Source: Gracilinanus agilis
Taxonomy: Eukaryota
DNA length: 64,000 bases
Direction: 5' to 3'
NCBI RefSeq assembly: GCF_016433145.1
Contig: NC_058131.1
Location: 285,242,513-285,306,512, forward strand
Part shown: one piece after another, positions 51,909 to 63,399 of the stretch
Position numbering within the stretch: the first letter of the stretch is position 1
Layout of the letters: each line of letters starts with the position of its first letter
The notes under the pieces: generated by a model
Told to the model about the DNA's origin: nothing
Databases searched by the model: none
The model's input: only the letters and a program-made list of their open reading frames with translations
Position numbers and translations under genes: made by a program

Positions 51909-52008
51909 CGAGCTTCCTGGTATTTAGAGCTTGTCTGTTCTTTCAGAGCTGATGAAACCGAGCTTCCTGGTATTTAGAGCTTGTCTGTTCTTTCAGAGCT
52001 GATGAAAC
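51909..52008. repeat. Perfect 50-bp tandem duplication
   Basis: CGAGCTTCCTGGTATTTAGAGCTTGTCTGTTCTTTCAGAGCTGATGAAAC x2. Confidence 0.95.
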
Positions 52009-52029
52009 CCAGAGGGACCATCTATTCCA

Positions 52030-52620
52030 ACTCCTTAATTTTTTAAAACTTAGAAAAAAATTTCAATTACATGTAGAAATAATTTGGGACAATTGTCATC
52101 TGACATTTTTTGATTCATTCTCTCCTTCCTCCTTCCACGAGGCAGTAAATAATCTGATATAGTTTATACCAGTGCTGTTATGCAATATATATTTCCATAT
52201 TCCTCATGCCATAAAAGAAGACACATATCACACATACAAGAAATATTTCATGAAGGAAATAAAGTGCAAGATGGTGTGCTTTGATCAGCAGTCAGACTCC
52301 AATAGGCCCTTCTTTGGCCGTGGATAACATTTTTTAGCCCAAGTCTCTTGGGATTATCTTGGAACCTTGTTTTGCTGACAATACTTCAGGCCTTCACAGT
52401 TGATTATCATCCAGTATTTCTGTTACTGCATATACAGTTCTCCTGGTTCTGCTCACCTCACTTTGCATCAGTTCATCTAAGTCTTTCCAGGATTTTCTGA
52501 ACTCATCCTAGTCACCATTTCTTATGGCACAGTAGTATTCCACTACAACCATATACCACAACTTGTTCAGCCATTCCCCAACCGAGGGACAACCCAAGTC
52601 TCCAATTCTTTGCCACTACC
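52030..52620 (-). mobile_element. L1 3' fragment
   Basis: Similar to 56575-57380, including ...TTGTTCAGCCATTCCCCAA... L1-type sequence. Confidence 0.55.
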
Positions 52621-52864
52621 AACCCCTTTGTTTTTACAGATGGGGAAAGTGAGGCCCAGAGAGGGAGGGAGTCTCACAGTTGGTTCAAGTCAAAACTAGG
52701 ATTGACACCAATAATAATGACTAATATTCAGAGTCCTCAGCACTAAAGCCAAGATGGGGATGTATGGCAACCGTTCTCCCAGGGGCCCAGGCCTGTGGCT
52801 CCCATTGCCCCAACAGCTTTCAGATCTTCCGCTGACTGTTGTCTGGACCTCCTAACTCACTGAC

Positions 52865-52998
52865 CTCTCAAGCCGATTCTCCAGGTCCCGAATTTGGATG
52901 TGGTAGAACTCCCTGGTTTCTGTCAAGACAGATGCCAAGGCATTAGTAGCCTCCTGGACATCTATTTTCTTTTTCTTCTCTTTCTTCTTAGGAGCCAT
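52865..52998 (-). CDS. CFAP157: CFAP157 copy 2 exon 1
   Basis: gccATGG; MAPKKKEKKKKIDVQEATNALASVLTETREFYHIQIRDLENRLE; gtcagt donor (human MAPKK...EFYHIQIRDLEDRLAR). Confidence 0.93.
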
Positions 52999-53009
52999 GG
53001 CTGGCTATC

Positions 53010-53100
53010 GCTGCCCCTTTAAAAGTCTTAGCTGTTGCTAAGGAAGTTGCCTTCCATACATAGTAACAGGCAGAGAAGGAACTGAATTTAAAGGAACTCT
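53010..53100 (-). promoter_or_regulatory. CFAP157 copy 2 proximal promoter with conserved RFX X-box-like motifs
   Basis: GTTGCTAAGGAAG (53034-53046) and ATACATAGTAAC (53056-53067); aligns to the copy 1 promoter. Confidence 0.65.
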
Positions 53101-55299
53101 GACCACCGACAAGTTGGGACTGTTTCTTGGTCTTTCCCTATCCCTGTTCAAAAAGCTCTCCCTGGGCAGCATCTTCTGACCCCTGCAATTCCACAGCCAC
53201 TTCCTACAAAAGCAGACTTTTATTACCTCTCATCTGCAATTCCCTATTTTTAAAGATTTTTCTTTTTTCTGTATTTATGCCTTTTGTTTCTGTAACACAT
53301 TTAATTTTGAACATGTCTCTCCCCATCTTCCCTTATTCAGGGAATTATCCCTTGGAAGAAAGATGTTAAAAGAAAGTTGATACCCAAGACACCTGGAAAT
53401 AAATTCAATTATTTATTTTCCCCCAGTTATATATAATAACAAATTTCCACATCAGTTTCTAAACTTCTATGATCCAAATTGTTTCCCTTCCTCTCTTCCC
53501 TCCCCACTCCCAGAGCTAGAAAGCGATTCCTTCTGGGTATCATCATGCAAAACATATCTCCGTATTGTTCTAAATTCTCTAATTTAAAAAAAAAGAGAGA
53601 AAGTTGGGGAAGTTAATAGCAAAATCAGTCAATACTTCAAATGTGCCCAGTAGTATATCCATAGTGCTCCCTGTTTCCAGTAAAATGAATAGTTTGATCA
53701 TCTCTTCTCTGGAGCCCAGCTTGGTCATTATCATTTTTTTTAAACCCTTACCTTCCATCTTAGCATTAATACTGTGATTTGGTTCCAAGGCAGAAGAGCA
53801 GTAAGGGCTGAGCAATAGTGGTCAAGTGACTTGCCCAGGGTCACACAGCTAAGAAGTGTCCCAGGCCAGATTTGAACCCAGGACCTCCCATCTCCAGGCC
53901 TATTTACTGAGTCACTTAGCTGCCCCCTAACTTCTTTATTATTGTTGAGGGTACCATCCCCTTCTTAGGGCCTCATGTTCTCAACCTAGGTGCCATCCCC
54001 TACTCCTCACCCTCTCCATCTCCTCTAATCAGGTTGCCAAGTCCTTTGAACTCTGCCTTTATAACAGCTCTTGTGTGTGTGTATATATATAGACCCCTTA
54101 TCTCTTCCTACTCGGCCACTATCCTGGTCTGGGACCTCATCACCTCCCACCTGGACTGTTTCAATAGCCTGCTGGGAGGTGTTATTGCCTTCAGTCCATC
54201 CTTTACTTTGCTGACAAATGGATCCTCCTAAAGCATAAATCTGATCATATCACACACGTACACATACCACAAACATCTATACGCATGCCCATCACCTCTA
54301 GGATCAAATATAAAATCCTCGATTTGCCTTTAAAATTTTTTTAATTTAATTTTTAAAGATTTTTTCCATGGTTACATGATTCATTTTCTCTCCCTCTCCC
54401 CGTATTTGCCTTTGAAAAAATCCTTCCCTTCTATCTTAGAATCAACTCCAAGGCAGAAGAGCAGTAAGGGCTAGGCAATGGAGGTTAAGTGACTTGCCCA
54501 GGGTCAAACAGCTAGGAAGTATCTAAGGTCAGATTTAAACCCAGGACCTCCTGTCTGTAGGCCTGACTCTCCATTCACTGAGCTACCCAGCTGCCCCCTA
54601 GACTTGCCTTTTAAAGCCCTTGACAGCTTGGTCCCCTTTTAACTTGTCACACCTTCCTCCACTCCTAGATCCAATTACCCCCTAGCTGCCAGTAATGACT
54701 TTATTCCATCTTTGTCACTGGGCATTTGCTCTGGCTGGCCCCCAGGCCTGGAATGCTCTTCCACTTCCCGGCTTCTTTCAAGTCCTAGGGCAAACCCTGC
54801 TTCCACAGGAAGCCTTTCTCTATCCCCTTTGATGCCCTGGGCCTCCCCTCTGTCGATGATGTCCTGCCTGTCTCGTAGATCTTGTTTGTGCTTCATTTTC
54901 ACGTTGTAGGAGAAAACACTGGACTGGGGATCTCCTGAGAGCCAGGCCTGACTTTTGCCTTTCTTGGTATCTCCAGGCCTCGGTACACAGCCTGGCATAG
55001 GACGTATTTAAAACCAAAACTCAAAAACTAGGACAGAAAGACAAAGGCTAAGCCATTGGGGTGAAGTGACTTGCCTAGGGTCACCCAGCTAGGACATGTC
55101 TGAGGTCACATTTGAACTCAGGTTTTCCTGCCTCACAGTGCTCTAGCCACTGAACCACCTAGCTGTACCCCTCAGCCTCCGCCCCCCCCCCCCCCCAGCC
55201 ATTTTTTTTTTTTTTTTTAAGAATTGGCTCCGGCCTTAGAAATCGACTAGTCCTTTAGAGGGGTGGGGACACGTCTGGTCTGAGATTACACAGCAAGTC

Positions 55300-55900
55300 A
55301 GTGGTAGAGCCTTCACCAGAACTCGGGTGTCCTGGCTCCCGGCCTCCATCTAGAAGAAGCCAATAATGATGGAGAAGCAGCCCACAGCGATGTTTTCCCC
55401 CAATCCAGGATCCGGGCTGCCTCTGGGCCTTGGTATTCTCGTGCCCCCTAGTGGCCAGCAGGAGGCACTGACGGCTCACTAGACTCCAGGCGAGGACAGG
55501 AATGGACCATTCCTAGCAGCTCCCCGACTCCCTGCCCCGCTCCTAGAGGACTGCTGCGGCTCATTCATTGGACACTTGAATTCAGGGCGTGTCTCCCTCC
55601 GGAAGTTCTCCCTCCGGAAGTTCTGCCCCCGGCCGCGTTTCCCCAGTTTTCCGTGAAGGCGTCGAGAGGGCAGCGGGCAGTAACTCTCCACGAAGGAGGT
55701 CGGAAGGCCTCCAAGACGTCCACCGTCCACACTGGAAGAGGGACGACCCGCGAAAGGTTCGGATGACTAGGACGATGCAATTTCTTTTACTCCGGTCTTT
55801 GGAACGCGGCGGTTGGCTCAGAACTATGGTATTTCCGTATGCTTGGAGCGCCTCCAGAGAAGGGAACCGAATCAGAGGAACAAAGATGAATCCTGGGTCA
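55300..55900. promoter_or_regulatory. Orphan CpG-rich element with CTCF motif, CCAAT box and tandem ETS/GABP motifs
   Basis: TGGCCACTAGGGGGCAC on the - strand at 55441-55457; CCGGAAGT at 55599 and 55614 inside a perfect 15-bp direct repeat; CCAAT (-) at 55567-55571; many CpGs. Confidence 0.65.
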
Positions 55901-56574
55901 TGGCATTTCACTTTGGTTACCTTAAGCCCTTCTGGTCTAACCTCCATTCTAAGACAGAAGAGTGGGAAGGGTGAGGCAGTCCGGGGTTAAGTGACTTGCC
56001 CAAGGTCACACAGTGAGCACAAACCATTTTAATGTTTTATCTTTATTTTATTTTAATAACAAATTTTGGGGGTCAGCTGGGTGGCTCAGTGGATTGAGAG
56101 CCGGGCCTAGAGACAGGAAATCCTAGGTTCAAATCTGGCCACAGACACTTCCCAGCTGTGTGACCCTGGGCAAGTCACTTAACCTCCATTGCCTTGCCCA
56201 TACTTGGCAAAGATGTGGTACCTGTGCAGAGCAGGCACTCAGGGAGCTGCTCTGATTTTTTACATGCCCTGCCCCTCCGTCCATGGGTCCAAAGCAAACA
56301 CATTCTCCTTCAGTTCTCTCCCATAATGGGGGGCTCACAGACAGCCTGAATTTGCCCTCTGGACACTCACATTTGGAAAAGTTTCACCACCCTTCTGTCT
56401 TGGAAACAATATTCAAGTATTGATTCCAAGACAGAAGGTAAGGGTTTAAAAAAAAACAAAACCTCAAATCATATAAAAAAATGATAAATCATAAGCACTT
56501 ATCATTTTAAATTGCCTTCTCATTTGATCATCACAATACTTCTATGGAGTACGCGAGGCAAGGATTTTTTTTTT

Positions 56575-57380
56575 AGTTTTATTTTTATCTTATTTTAATA
56601 ACAAATTTCCACATACATTTTCTAAAGTTATAGGATCCATATTATCTCCCTCCCTTCTCCATGCCCCCACCCCCACCCAGGAGCCAACAAGCAATTCAAT
56701 CTGGGGTATAGATGTATTAGCACGCAAAACTTATTTCCATATTGTTCATTTCTGTAAGCAAATAATCTTAGAGAACCAAAACTCCAAAACATATACCCAA
56801 AGAAGTGATAAATCATATGTTTTCATCCGCATTTATGCTCTAACAGTTCTTTCTCTGAAGGTGGATAACATTCTTTGTCACAAGTCCTCAGAATTGTCCT
56901 GGATCTTTGTATTGCCTATAATAGCTAAGCTTTCACAGTTGATCGTTTCACAATATTGCTTTTACTGTGTACAATGTTCTCCTGGTTCTGCTCCTTTCAC
57001 TCTGCATCAATTCCTGGAGGTCGTTCCAGTTCGCATGGAATTCCTGCAGTTTATTATTCCTTTGAGCACAATAGTATTCCATCACCAGCAGATACCACAA
57101 TTTTGTTCAGCCATTCCCCAATTGAGGGTCATCCCGTCATTTTCCAATTTTGCCAGAAAATTATGATTCTCCAAAAAAGTGTGGCTATAAATATTTTTGC
57201 ACAAACAGATCCTTTCCCATTTTTTCAAAAATCTTTTTGGGGTATAAACCCAGCAGTGGTATGACTGGATCAAAGGGCAGACAGTCTTTTATAGCCCTTT
57301 GAACATAGTTCCAAATGGCCCTCCAGAATGGCTGAATCAATTCATAACTCCACCAGCAATGCATTAGTGTCCCAATTTTA
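56575..57380 (-). mobile_element. L1 3' UTR plus ORF2 C-terminal remnant
   Basis: L1-type text (CCCAGCAGTGGTATGACTGGATCAAAGGG...CTCCACCAGCAATGCATTAGTGTCCC); degenerate, no intact ORF. Confidence 0.7.
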
Positions 57381-60300
57381 CAAGGCAGAGATTATTCATC
57401 CTATTTGATAAATAGCATCTAAAGATTATTATGTCATAGATTAGCACCTCCCTCAGAGGGTTGTCATAAGATCAATTGAGATAACATATGTGTGGTGCTT
57501 TACAAACCTTAAAATTCTGTATAAATGTAAGCTATTGTTATTGATTATTGTTGTTTTCGATGAAAGGGATCTCAGAGGTCATCTAGTTCATTCTCATTTA
57601 ATTGGATGGAAAAATGAGTCCTAGAGAAGTGATGTGTTTGGCCCTAGGTCACATTGGTGGTGAGGAGCAGAGCTGAGATCCAAACCTGCATCCTCTGATT
57701 CCTGCACCCTGGTGCCTTTCCCAGCATCTTGCTAAAGAGAATATTTTATGATTCTCCAAGCAACTGAACAGTAAGCATGGGCTTTGCCTATGAGAAATTA
57801 AAGCCAAAGACACAGAAACTGAGGCCTTGCGAGATGAAGTGAGTTGCCCATAGTTGCAGAGCTGGAACCAGAGCCATAAATAACCAGGAATGTTTGCACC
57901 TGGGCCAAGCAGGTGCCTTAAGATGGAGGAAGGGGTGGGCAGCAGTAAATACTGCCCCAAGGAGGAGAAATCCAGAGACCTCTGAACACCCTGGAGTCCC
58001 TGGGGATTTTACAGAGTTATTTTGTGGTTCAGTTATTCAGTTGTGTCCAATTCTTTGTGATCTCATGGGCCATGCTATCCATAATGGAGTGGTTATTAGG
58101 TAGTTCCTAATTGTAATTAATTAGGGCAGCTACATGTTGCAGTGGATAGAGCTCTGGGCCTGGAGTTAGATTCGATTTGAATTCAATTCCAATCTCAGAC
58201 ACTATGTGATCCTGGATAAGTCATTTAATCCTGTTTGTCTCAGTTTCCTCATCTGTCAAATGATCTGGAGAAGGAAATGGAAAACTACTTCAGTATCTTT
58301 GCCAAAAAAATCCCAAATGGGGTCATGAAGAAGCAGGCCTGAATAGAATGAATGAACAACAACATTTAATTATTCTTAATAAACTTGGTGCTCAAGTCAA
58401 AGTGTTTGGGTTTTTTTAATGCTCTTACCTGCCATCTTATTATCAGTTGTATTAGTTCCAAGCAGAAGAGTAGTAAGGGCTGGGCAATGGGGGTTAAGTG
58501 ACTTGTGCGGGGCCACACAACTGGGAAGTGTCTGAGGCCAAATTTGAACCCAGGATCTTTTGTCTATGAAAAGGAAATTTGCCCTTCCCCTTTTCCACTA
58601 AGCGTAAGGACCCAAAGCGAGGACTGAGGGAAATAATTGGATAGATTAGGTCATGAGGATAGAATGGCAGCCAGAAAAAGGCAGCAATGGAGTCAAGGAT
58701 ATCTCCAGACAGGGGGCTGAGCAATCTTCCCCTGCACTGCCCCCTTGGACTTTTCCCCCAGGGCATTGCAGGTACATTAGAAGGCATAGTTGGCTCTAGA
58801 GACATCAAGTGTAAGAGTTAGGAGGTGGAGAATAGGTTTGATAAACTGAGGCAAGAGTGAATTTCAGTCTCTCTGCTTCTGTGTTTCTGTGCTGACCAGA
58901 CTTGCTGGCGAGAGTGTCTCGGGGGCCCTTAATGGAGGCCTTAGGTTAGCAAACTAAATGAAGCAATAAGGAAAATACCCTTTAAATCTCTCTATTTCTT
59001 ATCTTTTACCTATCCAAGTAATTCTAATACATTTTATTAATTTATAGCCAGTCTCATGATTTTCATTCTTACAGGTCTCTAAGCCTGGCTTTCTAGCCAC
59101 TGAACTACCTCGCTGCCCCCCCAAAGTAGTTTCTTAACTTGTGGCATTCTAGAAGCCTGCCTACTGAGAGGAGGGCTGAAGTGGCCTAGGTAGCATCAGA
59201 ACCATGTTTCCACAGTCCCCGGCCAGCACTCCTTCCGGCAGGTGGTGAAACTGGACTTCCCGTGGCAGTGTGGGATCCCAGTTCTTCCAGAGCAGTGGCT
59301 CCTGGTCTCGTGGTGCAGAATAAACAGCTAAGCTGATAGGGATGCCCCTTGATTCTTCTGGGTGAGCCCTGCCCCCAGATTTCCCCCTCCTCAGGAAAGT
59401 TGTAGCTTGATGGGAAAAACTTAGAAGGAAAACAAAGATCCCTTGGGAGGAAGCAGAGGAATCCCCAAGGATGACTGTTTCTTCAGCAGGAGCTGAAGGG
59501 TTGGCAGGCTCTGCCTTCTGCTTTGCCCTGCCTGAACTGTGTCCCCACCCCTCTCCCAGGGTGAGCAATGCAGGGAGGACATCAGCCTGTCCCTTGTCTC
59601 CCACAGGACCAAGATGCCTCAAAGTGCTCATCTCATTTGGCAAGGTGGCTCGTCACACTTTCAGTTTGGTCCACTTGCCCTCCTTCTTAGCTTCAGGAAA
59701 TTTTGAGAATGAAAAAGACCAAGTTCTTGGAGCTGGGATAGGGCAAAGGGGAGGGCAAGAAGAAGAAAAGGCATCCTTCAAAAGGCAAAGCCCTCCATCT
59801 TGCCCCAACTGCAGGGCTTTCCCCTGTGGACTAGTCATAAATAAGGAGGTGGCATGAGGGGAAACCCAGGTGCTCCCTCTCCTAAAGTGAAGGGCCTAGT
59901 TTGCCTGGCCAGGGTCAGAACCAGGGCTGGGTCTCTTTCCCTAACCCTAGATGTAGCCAGAGCTCAGGTCACATCGTGGCTTCTGCTGTCTCTTTTCTTT
60001 TTGTCCAAAGAACCCCAAGATAGCTGAATTGGGGTTCAGATGCTTCTCCAGTAAGTGTATGTTCCCGAACCATCCTGTCACTAAGACTGCCCACCATCCC
60101 CTCCCCTTGCCCTATCTTCTTAGAGGCATCTGAGACACTTGTCAGTGGCCTTTTTTATTTCTCACCTCACCCCTTAGAGCCATTTTCACCCTGGGACAAA
60201 GACTCTTTCACTTTGCCCCAGCTATGGTTCTATCTGGGACTACTAGAACCTAAGATTTTTGACACCCTGCCCAGGACTCTTCATTGTTTTTCAGTACAGT

Positions 60301-60386
60301 AAGTCACTGAAACAGAGGGGAAGCAAATTTTTTGAAACCAAAACTGGCTATCAAGCAAAGCAGATTAAACTTCTCCTAGTCTAGGG

Positions 60387-61024
60387 CCATGGTGGCGAAC
60401 CCATGACATGCATGCCAGAGGGGGCCCTCTCAGAGCCCTCTCTGTGAGCATGCATTGTCACTCCAGCACAGAGTTCACCAGAGTTTGTTACTAGAAAGCC
60501 AGAGGGAGGCTGGGCCAGGATGCTTCCCCCTACCTTTCCATGCACACCTGAGGACATTCCTCATGTCATTCACCCCTCTAAAAGGTTTGCCATCACTGTC
60601 CTAGAGCATAAAGAGAGGCCATGCTGATGAACCTATGGCATATGTGACAGAGGGGGCTGCTCTCCTCCCCCTCTCCGTGTGTCTAAGGCAGTGATGGGCA
60701 AACTACGGCCCGTGAGCCAGATATGGCCCCCTGAAATGTTCTATCTGGCCATGGGACATTATTCCTAAGCTGACAAATACAATGAGCAGGATACAATACA
60801 ATGAAACTTTGAAAGAGTTGCCTTAGAAACAGACTGACAGATGAGCATTTCCTTTCCTTTGGCCCCCTCTTTAAAAAGTTTGTCCATCACTGATCTAAGG
60901 GCATCCTCACTTCTCTTCCCAACAGCCCAATGGGAGTGCTTCCTCCCTCCCCTGAGCAGGGGCTCACATGCAGCATGAGGGTTGCAGTTTGGGCACTCGG
61001 TCTCTAAAAGGTTCACCATCACTG
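60387..61024. mobile_element. Composite of two tandem hAT MITEs within one perfect 8-bp TSD
   Basis: GTCTAGGG at 60379-60386 and 61025-61032; internal TIR copies at 60583-60598 and 60619-60634. Confidence 0.75.
60689..60892. mobile_element. 204-bp hAT MITE nested in the composite
   Basis: TIRs CAGTGATGGGCAAACT / AGTTTGTCCATCACTG; TSD GTCTAAGG / ATCTAAGG. Confidence 0.88.
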
Positions 61025-61615
61025 GTCTAGGGTAACGTAGCCTGGTGGTTCCTCCTTATAGTGGCTAATCCCCAGTGCAGTTGACTCCCTGCTCCTTTCC
61101 TCACTACATTAAGTGGCTTCCCTGCCATTGGAATGATTTGAGCAGAAACCAGAATATCCTGGGCTCCCTCCTCCCTGGCTTACAGTTACATTCTTTCCCA
61201 GGTGGCCCTATCCATCGGCCATTAAACACTTTTGATTCTGCATTCTCTTGGGCTCGCTGTGGGCAGCAATTAGAAGATGCCCTGATCTCCTGACTAGTCT
61301 TGCTCTCAGGACAGGACAAGATAAAGTGATGGTGGCTATTTCAGAAGCTACACAACCTCTCTCATTTCATTGTCCAAATCCACCCCTAGGGTAGGGTCAG
61401 CCTCCAAGTGGACCACAATTTCCTTCCTATCCCTTTATTTATCCAGGTGAAAAGAAGTTCCGACTGCCCCGTCACTTTGCCAGTGTTGGGCTGCTATGCA
61501 TATTAGTCTCAGATCCATCAGCAGGTAGAGTCACTTCCTTCTTGGTGACCTGTTGCCTCCCTGTGTAAATGTCCAGCAGGTTCCAGCATGACAGGGGCTC
61601 AGGATGTTGGTCAAT

Positions 61616-61677
61616 TCATTGTTGGTGATCCACTGGCTGCTTTTGCTCCCCTCTTCTCCCATTTCTTCTAGTTACTC
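61616..61677 (-). CDS. Candidate alternative terminal coding exon of the upstream gene (probably STXBP1 by synteny)
   Basis: ttttctgctattttag acceptor; GA+VTRRNGRRGEQKQPVDHQQ-TGA; AATAAA on the - strand at 61439-61434. Confidence 0.4.
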
Positions 61678-62306
61678 CTAAAATAGCAGAAAACAATGCA
61701 GCCAGCATAGAATACAAAATAACACTAATTATCTTAGAGTGCTAACGTTGCCTTCTAGAACATAAAGGAGGGTAAGAAGAAACAGCACATTGCTTTGAGA
61801 GGTGCAAAGAATCAAAGTTTATGGAGGATTGTGCAGTGAGCATTTTTCTCAAAAAGAAAATTTTAAAAGGACAACTGCTGGGGCAGCTAGGTGGCTCAGT
61901 GGATAGAGCACCAGGTTTGGAGTTGGAAGGACCTGGGTTCAAATGTGACCTCATATACTTCCTAGCTGTGTGACCCTGGGTGAATCACTTAACTTCAATT
62001 GTCCACCCTTATTGCTCTTCTTCCTTGGAACCAATACTCAATATGGATCCTAAGATGGAAGATAAAGGTTTAAAAATAAAATAAAAAGACAACTGCTGAA
62101 CATACCATTTAGCCTAGTGACATTGTAGAGCCAAGTTCATCACCTCCATCAAGGCATCCCTGACCATCTTAGCCCACAGTGATTTCTTTTTTCTTTGAGC
62201 TCCCGGTCTTGTCAATACCACTAAATGGGGACTTAGCAGACAATGGGCCATAGACTGTAAGAACATAGCTTGCGCTGGAAAGAACTCCTTATGAGATCAT
62301 TTAGTC

Positions 62307-62518
62307 CAGGGGTTCTTAATCTGGGAATCTCAAACACCTATTGAGAGATTTCAGGAATTCTGTGAACTTGGGTGGGGGAAAATTGTATATTTATTTCAAT
62401 ATAAATTTCCTTTATAATCCTTTTATTTTATGCCTTTAAAACCATTCTGAGAAGGGGTCCATAGATTTCAGCAGACTGCCAAAGGGGTCTATGATATAAA
62501 AAGAGTTAAGAATCCCTG
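62307..62518. mobile_element. Old hAT/Charlie-type MITE
   Basis: TIRs CAGGGGTTCTTAA / TTAAGAATCCCTG; degenerate 8-bp flanks. Confidence 0.65.
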
Positions 62519-63399
62519 ATCTGGACCAACTCCCTAATTTTACAGACAAAGTTGAGGCCCAGAGTAGAAGGGACTTGTTCAAGGCCACACAAAAGAGCCT
62601 GGGACAAGAGGCTTGATTTTAAAAGTACAGGTCTTGTTTCCCAAACTAGACATATTTTGTATTCCTCCAGAAAGCCCACATAAGATTAGTATGTGGAAGC
62701 ATTAAGGAGGAACAGTATCTGGTTTAAAAACAAGATACAACTTTCTAACCATTAGGGCTGCCCAATCGTAGAGACAAGACCAGCTTATCAAGCTGATAAT
62801 CACCTTGTTAGGGAACATGTACAAGGTAATCCTGCACTGGGCTGAAAGTTAGACTGGGTGACTTCTGGGATCCCTTTCAATGATAAAATTCGAAAAACAT
62901 TATTTAAGTAAATAATAAAATGCTCAATAGGTTTGTCATTTGTTGGACCAACTAGATAACACACTGCATGCTTTAGTCAAAGTTATCAAAGATAAACAAT
63001 TTGGTTCTCCCTTTCAACTAGACAGATGCAAACACTGAGCAAAATCTCCAAAGAGCAAAAGGATGCAACTTCCTTTGTAACAGTCCCCATCAGGTTTAAG
63101 ATTCACATTCATAAGAAAAATGAGAAGTGTCATCTTAAACACATAAACTCACCTGCATTGATGAATGGGCTTTCCCCCCCCCTCCTATTTTATCTATTAA
63201 AGAGCAGACATGGGAGCATTTGTCATGGTGTTTTCTGGCATGTTTCCTAATAGCTTTGTAATTTCAGTCAATTAATCTCTGTACTAGATTGTAAGCTCTC
63301 TGAGGGCTGGGACCAAGCCATACCTTGTTTAAATTTCCTATCTTCCTCAGTGCCTAGCATGGTGTTTTTGCACTTAGGAGGTGTTAAAAAGTGCTGTAA

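Noticed and set aside
56861-57273. ORFs of 60-102 aa in the 56.9-57.3 kb region
   Set aside because: They lie in a degenerate L1 fragment and are not host genes.
59161-59643. 160-aa - strand ORF and overlapping 128-aa + strand ORF
   Set aside because: No recognisable domain and no consistent exon boundaries; compatible with chance.
63153-63193. 41-nt segment on the - strand with a good acceptor and CAG|GTGAGT donor
   Set aside because: Its length is not a multiple of 3 and its phases do not join the 61677 exon. There is no homology support.
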